From contig OZ024743.1 of assembly GCA_964016885.1 (NCBI GenBank), positions 172,174,001 through 172,238,000 on the forward strand: a stretch of 64,000 nt of DNA. The letters run 5' to 3'. The first letter of the stretch is position 1. The number at the start of each line of letters is the position of its first letter. Source of the stretch: Eledone cirrhosa. Taxonomy: Eukaryota. Under the pieces are notes generated by a model. That model worked only from the letters and a program-made list of their open reading frames with translations. It was not told where the DNA came from and searched no databases. Shown here in pieces: positions 23,601 through 35,203 of this stretch. Made by a program: the position numbers and the translations under genes.

Positions 23601-25201
23601 GCCCTGATGCCCTTGACCATTATGCTGCGAAAAGTGAGAGCAGGATACAAGTTGGGAAGGGGAGAGCTTATCATCAATCACCTCCTCTTCATGGACGATC
23701 TTAAGCTCTTCGGGAAAAGTGAGAAGGAGTTGGATGTGCTTGTTGACACTGTCCGTATTTTCAGCAGTGATATATGTATGCAGTTTGGTATTGGTAAATG
23801 TGGAGTCATTGTGATGAAGAGGGGTTGGTTGAGCAGAAGTAACGGGATCCAGATACCAACAGGTGAAATTATAAAGGAAATGGACTCTGAGGAAGGATAC
23901 AATTATTTGGGCGTTCTGGAGGCTGATGGCATAAAGAACAAAAAAATGAAGGAATTGTTAAGAACTGAATACATTCGGAGAGTAAGGAGCGTATTGAAGT
24001 CACATCTGAACAGCAGAAATGCCATAAGCGCAGTAAATTCCCGAGCTGTGTCTATTATTAGGTACAGTGCGGGAATTCTGAGATGGAATGTTGCTGAACA
24101 AAAAGAAATGGATAGGAAGACTAGGAAGCTATTGACTATCTACAACATGTTCCACAAGAGGAGTGATGTCGATAGACTCTACCTAAGGAGATCTGAGGGT
24201 GGAAGAGGTCTTATCAGCATAGAGGACTGTGTTCAGATGGAGAAAAACAACCTATACAAATACGTGACCTATAGTAAGGAGCCAATGCTCAGAACTGTAC
24301 TGAAGGAGGGGACAGTAGGCCAGGGGATGTCCAAGGAGGAAATAACATCAAGGAGGAAGAGCAGCCTTAAGGGAAAATCCCTTCATAGTACCTTCTTTGA
24401 GAAAACTGAATTTAGAGATCCACAGACATGGAACTGGTTGAGAAGAGGAGACCTCAAAAAGGCTACAGAAGGAATGCTAATGGCTGCGCAGGAGCAGGCC
24501 CTCAAAACGAAGTGGTTGAAGCACCATATCTACAAGGAGGAGGCTAGCCCACTGTGCAGGATCTGTGGAGAGAGAGAGGAGACTGTGGCTCACATTGTGT
24601 CCGAGTGTAAACACCTAGCCCAGACCCACTATAAGGGCTGGAGACACGATGTGATGGGCAGGGTGATCCACTGGCACCTGTGCAAAGTAAACAATTTACC
24701 ACATTCTGAGAAATGGTATGAGCATAGGCCAGAGGGGGTGATGGAGAACAATCAGGTGAAGGTGCTGTGGGATTTTAGGATACAGACGGACAAAAAACTG
24801 GAACACAATAGACCTGACCTGGTGGTTGTGGACAAAGAAAAAAGATCGTGTCTGATTGTGGATGTGGCCTGCCCGTTCGACACGAGAGTGCAAGAGAAGG
24901 AGAGGGAGAAAATTAACCGATACCAGGATCTAAAGTGGGAGGTGAAAAGGATTTGGAACTGCCATGAAGTCAAAGTGATCCCGATTGTCATAGGCGCACT
25001 GGGGACTATCTCCAAAAGTTTCCAGGGATGGTTAAAGAAAATCGGCCCCTTCACGCTTTTTGGAACGCTTCAAAAGGCATGCTTGCTTGGAACAGCAAGA
25101 ACCCTCCGATACGTCCTGAATATCTGAGGCTGCAGGTAGTGGCTTGATATTCAATCCAACGGACTTTCCAGTTAACCAACATCAATGACTGAGATTCAAG
25201 G
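20680..25201 (+). mobile_element. Dong-B copy B2, full-length
   Basis: ~1055 nt leader, ORF and 3' UTR matching other B copies; AAT tail. Confidence 0.92.
21736..25127 (+). pseudogene. Dong-B polyprotein with premature stop (22927-22929) and frameshift (~23495)
   Basis: CAA>TAA and a missing G relative to B1/B4/B5. Confidence 0.88.
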
Positions 25202-25210
25202 AATAACAAC

Positions 25211-25273
<63 letters not shown>
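25202..25273 (+). repeat. (AAT)24 spacer with AAC units
   Basis: Read directly. Confidence 0.98.
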
Positions 25274-25276
<3 letters not shown>

Positions 25277-26095
25277 GGGAGAAGACGCACGAGGTGGTAG
25301 AAGGTCATGAAATCGCTCCCGGAAGTTTTGAATTTTTAACATATTTAAATCATTTGTGAAATAACAACTCTTTGTACAAATGCTACGTAAAGCATCCGGC
25401 TTGAGCCCCAAATAAATTCGGACCCAAAATATATTGTTATAAGGCTCAAATATTCAAATATTCAACTTTGTATTGTACATTGTATATTCAAAAAAGAAAA
25501 TCGCTATGAATGGAAGAAGAACCCCACCCCCCCCTCCTCTGTCTACGCTATATAGAACAGCCAAACAACACCAGAAACTAGATACAACACCTACCCCGTC
25601 AGCTCTCTGTGTACACTAAACACAGATAACGGCAATTTCACCACCACCACTCACTACTGCCATCATTACCACCACTATCCCATCACCGCCGCCACCACTC
25701 CTTCATTGCTGCCACCGCTACAACACCATCGCTACAGTAATACGATCACGTCACCGCCACCACTGCCTCGGTATCGACATCACCACCACCACAGTCTCAG
25801 TATCGATACCGTCGCTACTGTCTCCCACATCTCCCCGCCGCCACCACTCCTTCAAATGCTACCACCACTATTCCCTGTTAACTTGAGAGAGAAAGGGGAA
25901 GGTGGCTGTATCACTAGACAAGGGAGAGGCTAGCAAAAGATATAAATAGATTGACTTAGTGACCTGGCCACATCAACAATTATGGGACTGCTGGTTCACC
26001 CCTTCCTCACCAACGATATAAAAAGCCCCGGCACCACCACCGACATAGCCAACAACAATAACAGCCAACCACAACAAAAAGTATATTATATTATT

Positions 26096-26140
26096 GTAAT
26101 GCACTGGGTGATTGCTGGCCTTGTGCCTGGAGTGGAGACA
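26096..26140 (+). mobile_element. SINE 3' fragment inserted in the A3 leader
   Basis: gtaatgcactgggtgattgctggccttgtgcc..gagaca flanked by attatt; the equivalent site in A5 (~61310) is empty. Confidence 0.75.
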
Positions 26141-26232
26141 ATTATTAATAATTTCATTCTTAAGCCACGCAATGCTCACATTAAGGAACCACTCATGATA
26201 ATAACAACTTAAAAAAACAACAAAAAGAAAAC

Positions 26233-26372
26233 CCCGCGACCAAGAAATACCTGGATTGCGGCCGGCGGGAATAGCCGTGTCTCTAGGGGAGAACGACCCC
26301 TCTAGTCTTGGTTGACACTCGTTCTAGAAGTGGTAACACGAAATGATTACCCCTTGGCAGATAAGGATAAAA
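26233..26372 (+). other. Candidate pseudoknotted RNA structure upstream of the Dong-A ORF
   Basis: Complementary segments found by eye; one compensatory pair versus A5 (61405-61545). Confidence 0.5.
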
Positions 26373-26390
26373 CGCGACAAAATAAAGTAA

Positions 26391-29300
26391 ATGTCTAATG
26401 ATAAAATCTCATACCGGATCGGCCGTCACCCGGGTAAAAAAGGGCCGCGTCCCTCAGAGAGGAACCAGACTGGGGTCGAAAAATCAGCTAATGGTTCAAA
26501 CCTTCCCATCACTTCGGAGCTGGAGACCTCCCATAACCGGAATACTCCTACTGTTGGCCCTCCATGCTCACCACCAAGAAATCCAAAGAAAAAGAGAGAA
26601 AAATGGTCAAGGGAAGATAATAAAGAAGTCCTTGAGGCTTTCTACACTGCCGTGTACTACCCATCAAATACATCGAATACAGAACAGACATATATCAACT
26701 GGAAAAAGAAACATCCCGAAAAAAGAGGCTATATTGACAGCAACAAACTAGCCAATATACGAAGAAATATTGTAAGAAAAAAGTTACTAACTGATATAGA
26801 AATTGATCAGATCAAGCTATTAGCACAAAGTCAGCGAAGGGAAAATAAAGCATGTGTCAGTGAAAACGAGGTAAACTGTAACACTTCCAATCCCAGGGTT
26901 GGGGCGGAATCACTGGCAACAGAAAAAATTAAAGAAAGGATCGAAAAAGTGGAGGGAGTGCATGCTCAGGATGAAACTCCAAATGAAAATAATGAGATAG
27001 TAAATGATAAAGAAATGAATGAGAATGAACTTGCCAACTTGAAGGATGAAATTATGATCGAATGGATGAAAATGAAAGAATCTGACATGGGGCAACGAGA
27101 CACCCTCCCTAAGATCCAGAACTCCAAACAGAACCAAAAGATAATACACAAGACTAACATAATTCTCAAAAACATTATCATCACAAACAAACTAAACATT
27201 ACTGATTTAAATCATCTCTATTATGCATCGGCTAAAGTCACCACTCACTTATGTGGAGTGAAGATGAAAAAACAAAGGAATTCCCACAAGAAATCTACTT
27301 GGCAAGAGAACATCAATCGCCAAATAAACCTTCTCCGATCTGACATAGAAATTTTAACAAACTATAAAGTAGGTGAACATGTTAAACAAACTAAACTTAG
27401 AAAATTGAAAAAAAAGTACAGTATAAAATCAACATGTGACATAGACATGCTGATAGAAATAATCAAGCAAAAAGTGTCGGTCAAAGCTGCTCGTATAAGG
27501 CGCTTTGAAAAACGATGATCTAGATTCTATAAGGACAATAATATGTTCAAAAACAACCAAAGAAACTTCTACAGAAAAATTGGTAAGTCAACAATAACTG
27601 CTAAATCAATACCACCCAAGGAGGAAGTGCAAGAATTCTGGGAAAAGATCTGGGCCGAAGAAAAAGTTCATAACATACATGCCCCATGGATAGACAGACA
27701 AATGAAAGATACAGCTCACCTTGAAGAACAAACATGGGAAAATATAACAGTTGAACAGTTGCGCTTGGCTCTAAGAAAAACCAGCAAATGGAAATCCCCA
27801 GGAAAAGACAAAATACAAAACTTTTGGATAAATGCCTTCACAGAGTCTCATGAGCTGTTAGCCCAACTTTACAATGAAATAGTTAAGGAGCCAGAAAAGA
27901 TACCTTCATGGCTAGTTAACGGCATTACATTCCTGCTTCCGAAGAATGATGAGACAAACAATCCCAAAAATTACAGACCGATAACTTGCTTGACCACAAT
28001 GTATAAACTTTTAACATCAGTCCTAACTGAATACACATATGACCACCTGATAACAAATGACCTATTTCCCATTGAGCAGAAAGGGTGTAAACGAGGCTCA
28101 TATGGCTGTAAGGATCAGCTTCTGGTTACCAAAATGATACTGGAAGATTGTCATAATAGACACAAAAATCTATCGATTGCTTGGATAGATTATAAAAAAG
28201 CATTTGATAGTTTGCCACACAGTTGGATTGAAAAATGTTTAGAGATTTTCAAAATATCCCCCGTTGTCAGGAGGTTTTTGTCATTCAGTATGAAGACATG
28301 GAAAACGACACTCCTTTTGAATAGTGAAACAAAATCACTGGAAGCTGGAGAAGTTAATATTAAGTGTGGAATTTTTCAGTGTGACTCTTTATCACCGCTT
28401 TTATTCTGCATCGCACTTATACCATTAAGTAAAATGCTCAATGAAACAAAACATGGATATAAAGTCTATGACAAAACCATTAATCACCTGTTCTACATGG
28501 ATGACCTGAAACTATTTGCAAAAAATGATGAACAATTGCAAGAGCTATTATCCACTGTGGAGCAGTTCGGTTATGACATTAAAATGGAGTTTGTACTAGA
28601 TAAATGCGCCAAAGCAACGTTCACCAGAGGAAAGCTGCTGAAGAGTTCAGACATTAATCTTGATCGAGGGAACGTGATAAGAGAACTTGATCAAGAAAAA
28701 ACTTACAAATATCTAGGTGTTTGTGAAGGAGACGGAATCAAGCACTCGACAATGAGGGAAAGGATAAGGAAGGAATGTTACCGCAGAGTAAGAGCAATCT
28801 TAAGAACGGAATTGAATGCAAGGAATAGGATCGATGCCATAAACACGCTTGCCATACCAGTAGTAACCTACAGTTACAATGTCATCAACTGGTCAAGCAC
28901 AGAGATCCGTAGGCTCGATACAAAAATTCGAAAATTCTTAACCATGCACAGAATGCATCACCCTAAGGCAGATATAGATAGAATATATCTCCCCAGGAAA
29001 GAAGGAGGACGTGGGTTAATCCAGTTAGACATTGCGTTGAAAACTGCAACAATTGGATTATCTACAGGGTAACTGCAAAGAAAGAACTGCTACAGAAACT
29101 GGCTAAGAAATGGCAAGAAAATCCTCTGTATGGAAAATACCCAGAGCGAGCTAACAATCCTGATGTTGACAAAACTTTAACCCATCAGTGGTTGGCATCC
29201 TCTGGACTGAAATCGTAAACTGAAGGACTGATTATATCAGCACAAGATCAGTGTCTGCCAACAAAAAATTACCAAGCCAACATAATAATAAATGGATGCA

Positions 29301-29874
29301 GCCCATTATGCCGTGTATGCAAAAAACAACCAGAGACCATTGACCATATAATTTCAATGTGCAGTCCTATAGCTCCAACCGAATACCTAAACAGGCATGA
29401 CAGAGCTGCACAATACATACATTGGATAATGTGTAAGCATCTTGACCTGCCCCATCAAAAGAATTGGTGGGAGCATAAACCACCTCCCATACTTGAAAAA
29501 GATCACATCTCAATCTTGTGGAACTTTAGCATCCAAACAGACCGACAATAGATGCAAATAGACCTGATATAATATTGAAGGACTTTAAAAAGAGGGTATG
29601 CCTGCTAATTGATATGTCTGTTCCAATATACAACAATGTATCTATAAAAACATTTGAAAAATTGAGCAAGTATAAGGACCTGGAGATAGAAATTGGAAAA
29701 ATGGGGAAATTGAGAACTAAAACAATACCAGTGGTTGTAGGCGCTCTGGGAATGATACCTAAGGGGTCTAATGATTATTTATCGCAAATCCCAGGAAACC
29801 CGCGTATAGGAGAAATACAAAAGATAGTACTAATGGGAACTGCCTATATACTAAGGAAGATTCTGTCAATATAA
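26391..29874 (+). pseudogene. Dong-A polyprotein with frameshift (~27516), deletion (~29067) and stops
   Basis: ORFs 26391-27518, 27543-29072 and later fragments; Myb-like KWSREDN; QGD changed to QCD. Confidence 0.87.
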
Positions 29875-30043
29875 GTACGTCAGAAGTCTAAACACTAAAG
29901 ATGCATGTGTGAGTATGTATGTTCTTTCTTGAACATGGCGGACCATGTTGTTTCTTGCGGTCACTGGTTGTGACTTGGTGATAACTCGTATGAACATAAA
30001 GCAAGATAATTGCAACTGTAATAATAATAATAATAATAATAAT

Positions 30044-30372
30044 CATTCGACACGTGAGTGCAAGAGAAGGAGAGGGAGAAAATTAACCGATACCAGGACT
30101 TAAAGTGGGAGGTAAAAAGGATTTGGAACTGCCATGAAGTCAAAGTGATCCCGACTATCATAGCCGCACTAGGGACTATCTCAAAAAGTTTTCAGGGATG
30201 GTTAAAGAAAATTGGCCCGGCCACGCTTTTTGGAACACTTCAAAAGGCATGCTTGCTGGGAACAGCAAGAACCCTCCGATACGTCCTGAATATCTGAGGT
30301 TGCAGGTAGTGGCTTGATATTCATTTCAACAAACTTTCCAGTTAACTAACATCAATGACTGAGACTCAAAGA

Positions 30373-30374
<2 letters not shown>
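30044..30374 (+). mobile_element. Dong-B copy B3, ~330 nt 3' fragment (variant closer to B6 in the 3' UTR)
   Basis: Encodes ..RYVLNI; 3' UTR tcatttcaacaaactttcc..gagactca; (AAT)n on both sides. Confidence 0.88.
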
Positions 30375-30423
<49 letters not shown>

Positions 30424-33009
30424 GAAACAATCAAGCAAAAAGTGTCGGCCAAAGCTGCTCGTATAAGGCGCTTTGAAAAACGATCTAGATTCTATAAGGA
30501 CAATAATATGTTCAAAAACAACCAAAGAAACTTCTACAGAAAAATTGGTAAGTCAACAATAACTGCTAAATCAATACCACCCAAGGAGGAAGTGCAAGAA
30601 TTCTGGGAAAAGATCTGGGCCGAAGAAAAAGTTCATAACATACATGCCCCATGGATAGACAGACAAATGAAAGAAACAGCTCACCTTGAAGAACAAACAT
30701 GGGAAAATATAACAGTTGAACAGCTGCGCTTGGCTCTAAGAAAAACCAGCAAATGGAAATCCCCAGGAAAAGACAAAATACAAAACTTTTGGATAAATGC
30801 CTTCACAGAGTCTCATGAGCTGTTAGCCCAACTTTACAATGAAATAGTTAAGGAGCCAGAAAAGATACCATCATGGCTAGTTAACGGCATTACATTCCTG
30901 CTACCGAAGAATGATGAGACAAACAATCCCAAAAATTACAGACCGATAACCTGCTTGACCACAATGTATAAAATTTTAACATCAGTCCTAACTGAATACA
31001 CATATGACCACCTGATAACAAATGACCTATTTCCCATTGAGCAGAAAGGGTGTAAACGAGGCTCATATGGCTGTAAGGATCAGCTTCTGGTTAACAAAAT
31101 GATACTGGAAGATTGTCATAATAGACACAAAAATCTATCGATTGCTTGGATAGATTATAAAAAAGCATTTGATAGTTTGCCACACAGTTGGATTGAAAAA
31201 TGTTTAGAGATTTTCAAAATATCCCCCGTTATCAGGAGGTTTTTGTCATTCAGTATGAGGACATGGAGAACGACACTCCTTTTGAATAGTGAAACAAAAT
31301 CACTGGAAGCTGGAGAAGTTAACATTAATTGTGGAATTTTTCAGGGTGACTCTTTATCACCGCTTTTATTCTGCATCGCACTTATACCATTAAGTAAAAT
31401 GCTCAATGAAACAAAACATGGATATAGAGTCTATGACAAAACCATTAATCACCTGTTCTACATGGATGACCTGAAACTATTTGCAAAAAATGATGAACAA
31501 TTGCAAGGGCTATTATCCACTGTGAAGCAGTTCAGTGATGACATTAAAATGGAGTTTGGACTGGATAAATGCGCCAAAGCAACGTTCACCAGAGGAAAGC
31601 TGCTGAAGAGTTCAGACATTAATCTTGATCGGGGGAACGTGATAAGAGAGCTTGATCAAGAACAAACTTACAAATATCTAGGTGTTTGTGAAGGAGACGG
31701 AATCAAGCACTCGACAATGAGGGAAAGGATAAGGAAGGAATGTTACCGCAGAGTCAGAGCAATCTTAAGAACGGAATTGAATGCAAGGAATAGGATCGAT
31801 GCCATAAACACGCTTGCCATACCAGTAGTAACCTACAGTTACAATGTCATCAACTGGTCAAGCACAGAGATCCGTAGGCTCGATACAAAAATCCGAAAAT
31901 TCTTAACCATGCACAGAATGCATCACCCTAAGGCAGACATAGATAGAATATATCTCCCTAGGAAAGAAGGAGGACGTGGGTTAATCCAGTTAGACATTGC
32001 GTTGAAAACTGCAACAATTGGATTATCCACATATCTAAGGGAATCACATGATTGGATGATCAAACTCGTTTTGAAACACGAAAGCACCAAAAGATCATAT
32101 TCCATTACAAAAGATGCACAAAGATACAGTAATGGACTACAAATTTCAGAAGTCCCATTTACTGCTGAAATGGAAAACACAGAAAAAGCAAAGCAGGTAA
32201 AAGTAACTGCAAAGAAAGAACTGCTACAGAAACTGGCTAAGAAATGGCAAGAAAAGCCTCTGTATGGAAAATACCCAGAGCGAGCTAACAATCCTGATGT
32301 TGACAAAACTTTAACCCATCAGTGGTTGGCATCCTCTGGACTGAAATCGGAGACTGAAGGACTGGTTATATCCGCACAAGATCAGTGTCTGCCAACAAAA
32401 AATTACCAAGCCAACATAATAAAAAATGGGTGCAGCCCATTATGCCGTGTATGCAAAAAACAACCAGAGACCATTGACCATATAATTTCAATGTGCAGTC
32501 CTATAGCTCCAACCGAATACCTAAACAGGCATGACAGAGCTGCACAATACATACATTGGATAATGTGCAAGCATTTTGACCTGCCCCATCAAAAGAATTG
32601 GTGGGAGCATCAACCACCTCCCATACTTGAAAAAGATCACATCTCAATCTTGTGGAACTTTAGCATCCAAACAGACCGAAAAATAGATGCAAATAGACCT
32701 GATATAATATTGAAGGACTTTCAAAGGAGGGTATGCCTGCTAATTGATATGTCTGTTCCAATAGACAAGAATGTATCTATAAAAACATTTGAAAAATTGA
32801 GCAAGTATAAGGACCTGGAGATAGAAATTGGAAAAATGTGGAAATTGAGAACTAAAACAATACCAGTGGTTGTAGGCGCTCTGGGAATGATACCTAAGGG
32901 GTCTAACGACTACTTATCGCAAATCCCAGGAAACCCGCGTATAGGAGAAATACAAAAGATAGTACTAATGGGAACTGCCCATATACTAAGGAAGATCCTG
33001 TCAATATAA
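30355..33009 (+). CDS. Dong-A RT-CCHC-RLE ORF, 884 aa; N-terminus is chimeric (B3 3' UTR ATG + poly-Ile)
   Basis: Complete RT, zinc finger and RLE motifs in one frame; lacks the native N-terminal domain. Confidence 0.8.
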
Positions 33010-33149
33010 GTACATCACAAGTCTAAACACTAAGGATGCATGTGTGAATATGTGTGTTCTTTCTTGAACATGGCGGACCTTGTTGTCTCCTGAGGTCACT
33101 GGTTGTGACTTGGTGATAACTCGTATAAACATAAAGCAAGATAAATGCA
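30421..33149 (+). mobile_element. Dong-A copy A4, 5'-truncated with an uninterrupted frame
   Basis: Near-identical to A1; follows (AAT)15. Confidence 0.93.
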
Positions 33150-35091
33150 AATAATAATAATAATGTGGAAACTGTTGACGAGCATTGTGTCTGAGGAAAT
33201 CTACCATCACCTCCACACAAACAACTTGTTGCCGGACGAACAGAAAGGATGCCGAAAGAAGTCACGTGGTACAAAGGACCAGTTGCTTATTGATAAGATG
33301 GTAATGGGGAATTGCAGGAGGAGACACACTGATCTTGCCATGGGATGGATAGACTACAGAAAGGCATTTGACATGGTGCCTCATTCCTGGATCACCAAAA
33401 GCCTGGAGATCTTCAGGGTGGCAGATAACATCAGACAGTTGCTGGGCAGGAGTATGGGGTCCTGGGAGACAGAGTTGACATCAACTGGAGTATCCTTGGG
33501 AAGCGTGAAGATCAAGAGAGGTATCTTCCAGGGAGATAGCCTGTCCCCTCTGTTGTTTGTCCTTGCCCTGATGCCCTTGACCATTATGCTGCGAAAAGTG
33601 AGAGCAGGATACAAGTTGGGAAGGGGAGAGCTTACCATCAATCACCTCCTCTTCATGGACGATCTTAAGCTCTTCGGGAAAAGTGAGAAGGAGTTGGATG
33701 TGCTTGTTGACACTGTCCGTATTTTCAGCAGTGATATATGTATGCAGTTTGGTATTGGTAAATGTGGAGTCATTGTGATGAGGAGGGGTAGGTTGAGCAG
33801 AAGTAACGGGATCCAGATACCAACAGGTGAGATGATAAAGGAAATTGACTCTGAAGAAGGATACAAGTATTTGGGCGTTCTGGAGGCTGATGGCATAAAG
33901 AACAAAAAAATGAAGGAATTGTTAAGAACTGAATACATTCGGAGAGTAAGGAGCGTATTGAAGTCACATCTGAACAGCAGAAATGCCATAAGCGCAGTAA
34001 ATTCCCGAGCTGTGTCTATTATTAGGTACAGTGCGGGAATTCTGAGATGGAATGTTGCTGAACAAAAAGAAATGGATAGGAAGACTAGGAAGCTATTGAC
34101 TATCTACAACATGTTCCACAAGAGGAGTGATGTCGATAGACTCTACCTAAGGAGATCTGAGGGTGGAAGAGGTCTTATCAGCATAGAGGACTGTGTTCAG
34201 ATGGAGAAAAACAACCTATACAAATACGTGACCTATAGTAAGGAGCCAATGCTCAGAGCTGTACTGAAGGAGGGGACAGTAGGCCAGGGGATACCCAAGG
34301 AGGAAATAACATCAAGGAGGAAGAGCAGCCTTAAGGGAAAATCCCTTCATAGTACCTTCTTTGAGAAAACTGAATTTAGAGATCCACAGACATGGAACTG
34401 GTTGAGAAGAGGAGACCTCAAAAAGGCTACAGAAGGAATGCTAATGGCTGCGCAGGAGCAGGCCCTCAAAACGAAGTGGTTGAAGCACCATATCTACAAG
34501 GAGGAGGCTAGCCCACTGTGCAGGATCTGTGGAGAGAGAGAGGAGACTGTGGCTCACATTGTGTCCGAGTGTAAACACCTAGCCCAGACCCACTATAAGG
34601 GCTGGAGACACGATGTGATGGGCAGGGTGATCCACTGGCACCTGTGCAAAGTAAACAATCTACCACATTCTGAGAAATGGTATGAGCATAGGCCAGAGGC
34701 GGTGATGGAGAACAGTCAGGTGAAGGTGCTGTGGGATTTTAGGATACAGACGGACAAAAAACTGGAACACAATAGACCTGACCTGGTGGTTGTGGACAAA
34801 GAAAAAAGATCGTGCCTGATTGTGGATGTGGCCTGCCCGTTCGACACGAGAGTGCAAGAGAAGGAGAGGGAGAAAATTAACCGATACCAGGACCTAAAGT
34901 GGGAGGTGAAAAGGATTTGGAACTGCCATGAAGTCAAAGTGATCCCGATTGTCATAGGCGCACTGGGGACTATCTCCAAAGGTTTCCAGGGATGGTTAAA
35001 GAAAATCGGCCCCTTCACGCTTTTTGGAACGCTTCAAAAGGCATGCTTGCTTGGAACAGCAAGAACCCTCCGATACGTCCTGAATATCTGA
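33145..35091 (+). CDS. Truncated Dong-B RT-CCHC-RLE ORF, 648 aa
   Basis: [23 protein letters not shown]. Confidence 0.8.
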   Translation: MQIIIIMWKLLTSIVSEEIYHHLHTNNLLPDEQKGCRKKSRGTKDQLLIDKMVMGNCRRRHTDLAMGWIDYRKAFDMVPHSWITKSLEIFRVADNIRQLLGRSMGSWETELTSTGVSLGSVKIKRGIFQGDSLSPLLFVLALMPLTIMLRKVRAGYKLGRGELTINHLLFMDDLKLFGKSEKELDVLVDTVRIFSSDICMQFGIGKCGVIVMRRGRLSRSNGIQIPTGEMIKEIDSEEGYKYLGVLEADGIKNKKMKELLRTEYIRRVRSVLKSHLNSRNAISAVNSRAVSIIRYSAGILRWNVAEQKEMDRKTRKLLTIYNMFHKRSDVDRLYLRRSEGGRGLISIEDCVQMEKNNLYKYVTYSKEPMLRAVLKEGTVGQGIPKEEITSRRKSSLKGKSLHSTFFEKTEFRDPQTWNWLRRGDLKKATEGMLMAAQEQALKTKWLKHHIYKEEASPLCRICGEREETVAHIVSECKHLAQTHYKGWRHDVMGRVIHWHLCKVNNLPHSEKWYEHRPEAVMENSQVKVLWDFRIQTDKKLEHNRPDLVVVDKEKRSCLIVDVACPFDTRVQEKEREKINRYQDLKWEVKRIWNCHEVKVIPIVIGALGTISKGFQGWLKKIGPFTLFGTLQKACLLGTARTLRYVLNI

Positions 35092-35166
35092 GGCTGCAGG
35101 TAGTGGCTTGATATTCAATCCAAACGGACTTTCCAGTTAACCAACATCAATGACTGAGATTCAAGG
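33161..35166 (+). mobile_element. Dong-B copy B4, 5'-truncated with an open frame
   Basis: Starts at taatgtggaaac within (AAT)5. Confidence 0.93.
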
Positions 35167-35203
35167 AATAACAATAACAATAATAATAATAATAATAATA
35201 ATA

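Larger units (their letters stand above)
25274..30019 (+). mobile_element. Dong-A copy A3, full-length, defective
   Basis: ~1115 nt leader homologous to A5; ORF from 26391; family A 3' UTR. Confidence 0.92.

Noticed and set aside
26238-26325. Canonical HDV-like ribozyme in the Dong-A leader
   Set aside because: The topology can be drawn, but the L3 U/G pair, the P1.1 GG and the J4/2 C-N-A are missing, and P3 is broken in A5; kept only as a generic structure candidate
26324-26345. Hammerhead-like ctagaa-GTG GTAA CAC-gaaa
   Set aside because: Core is not CUGANGA and no convincing stems I/III with an NUH site were found
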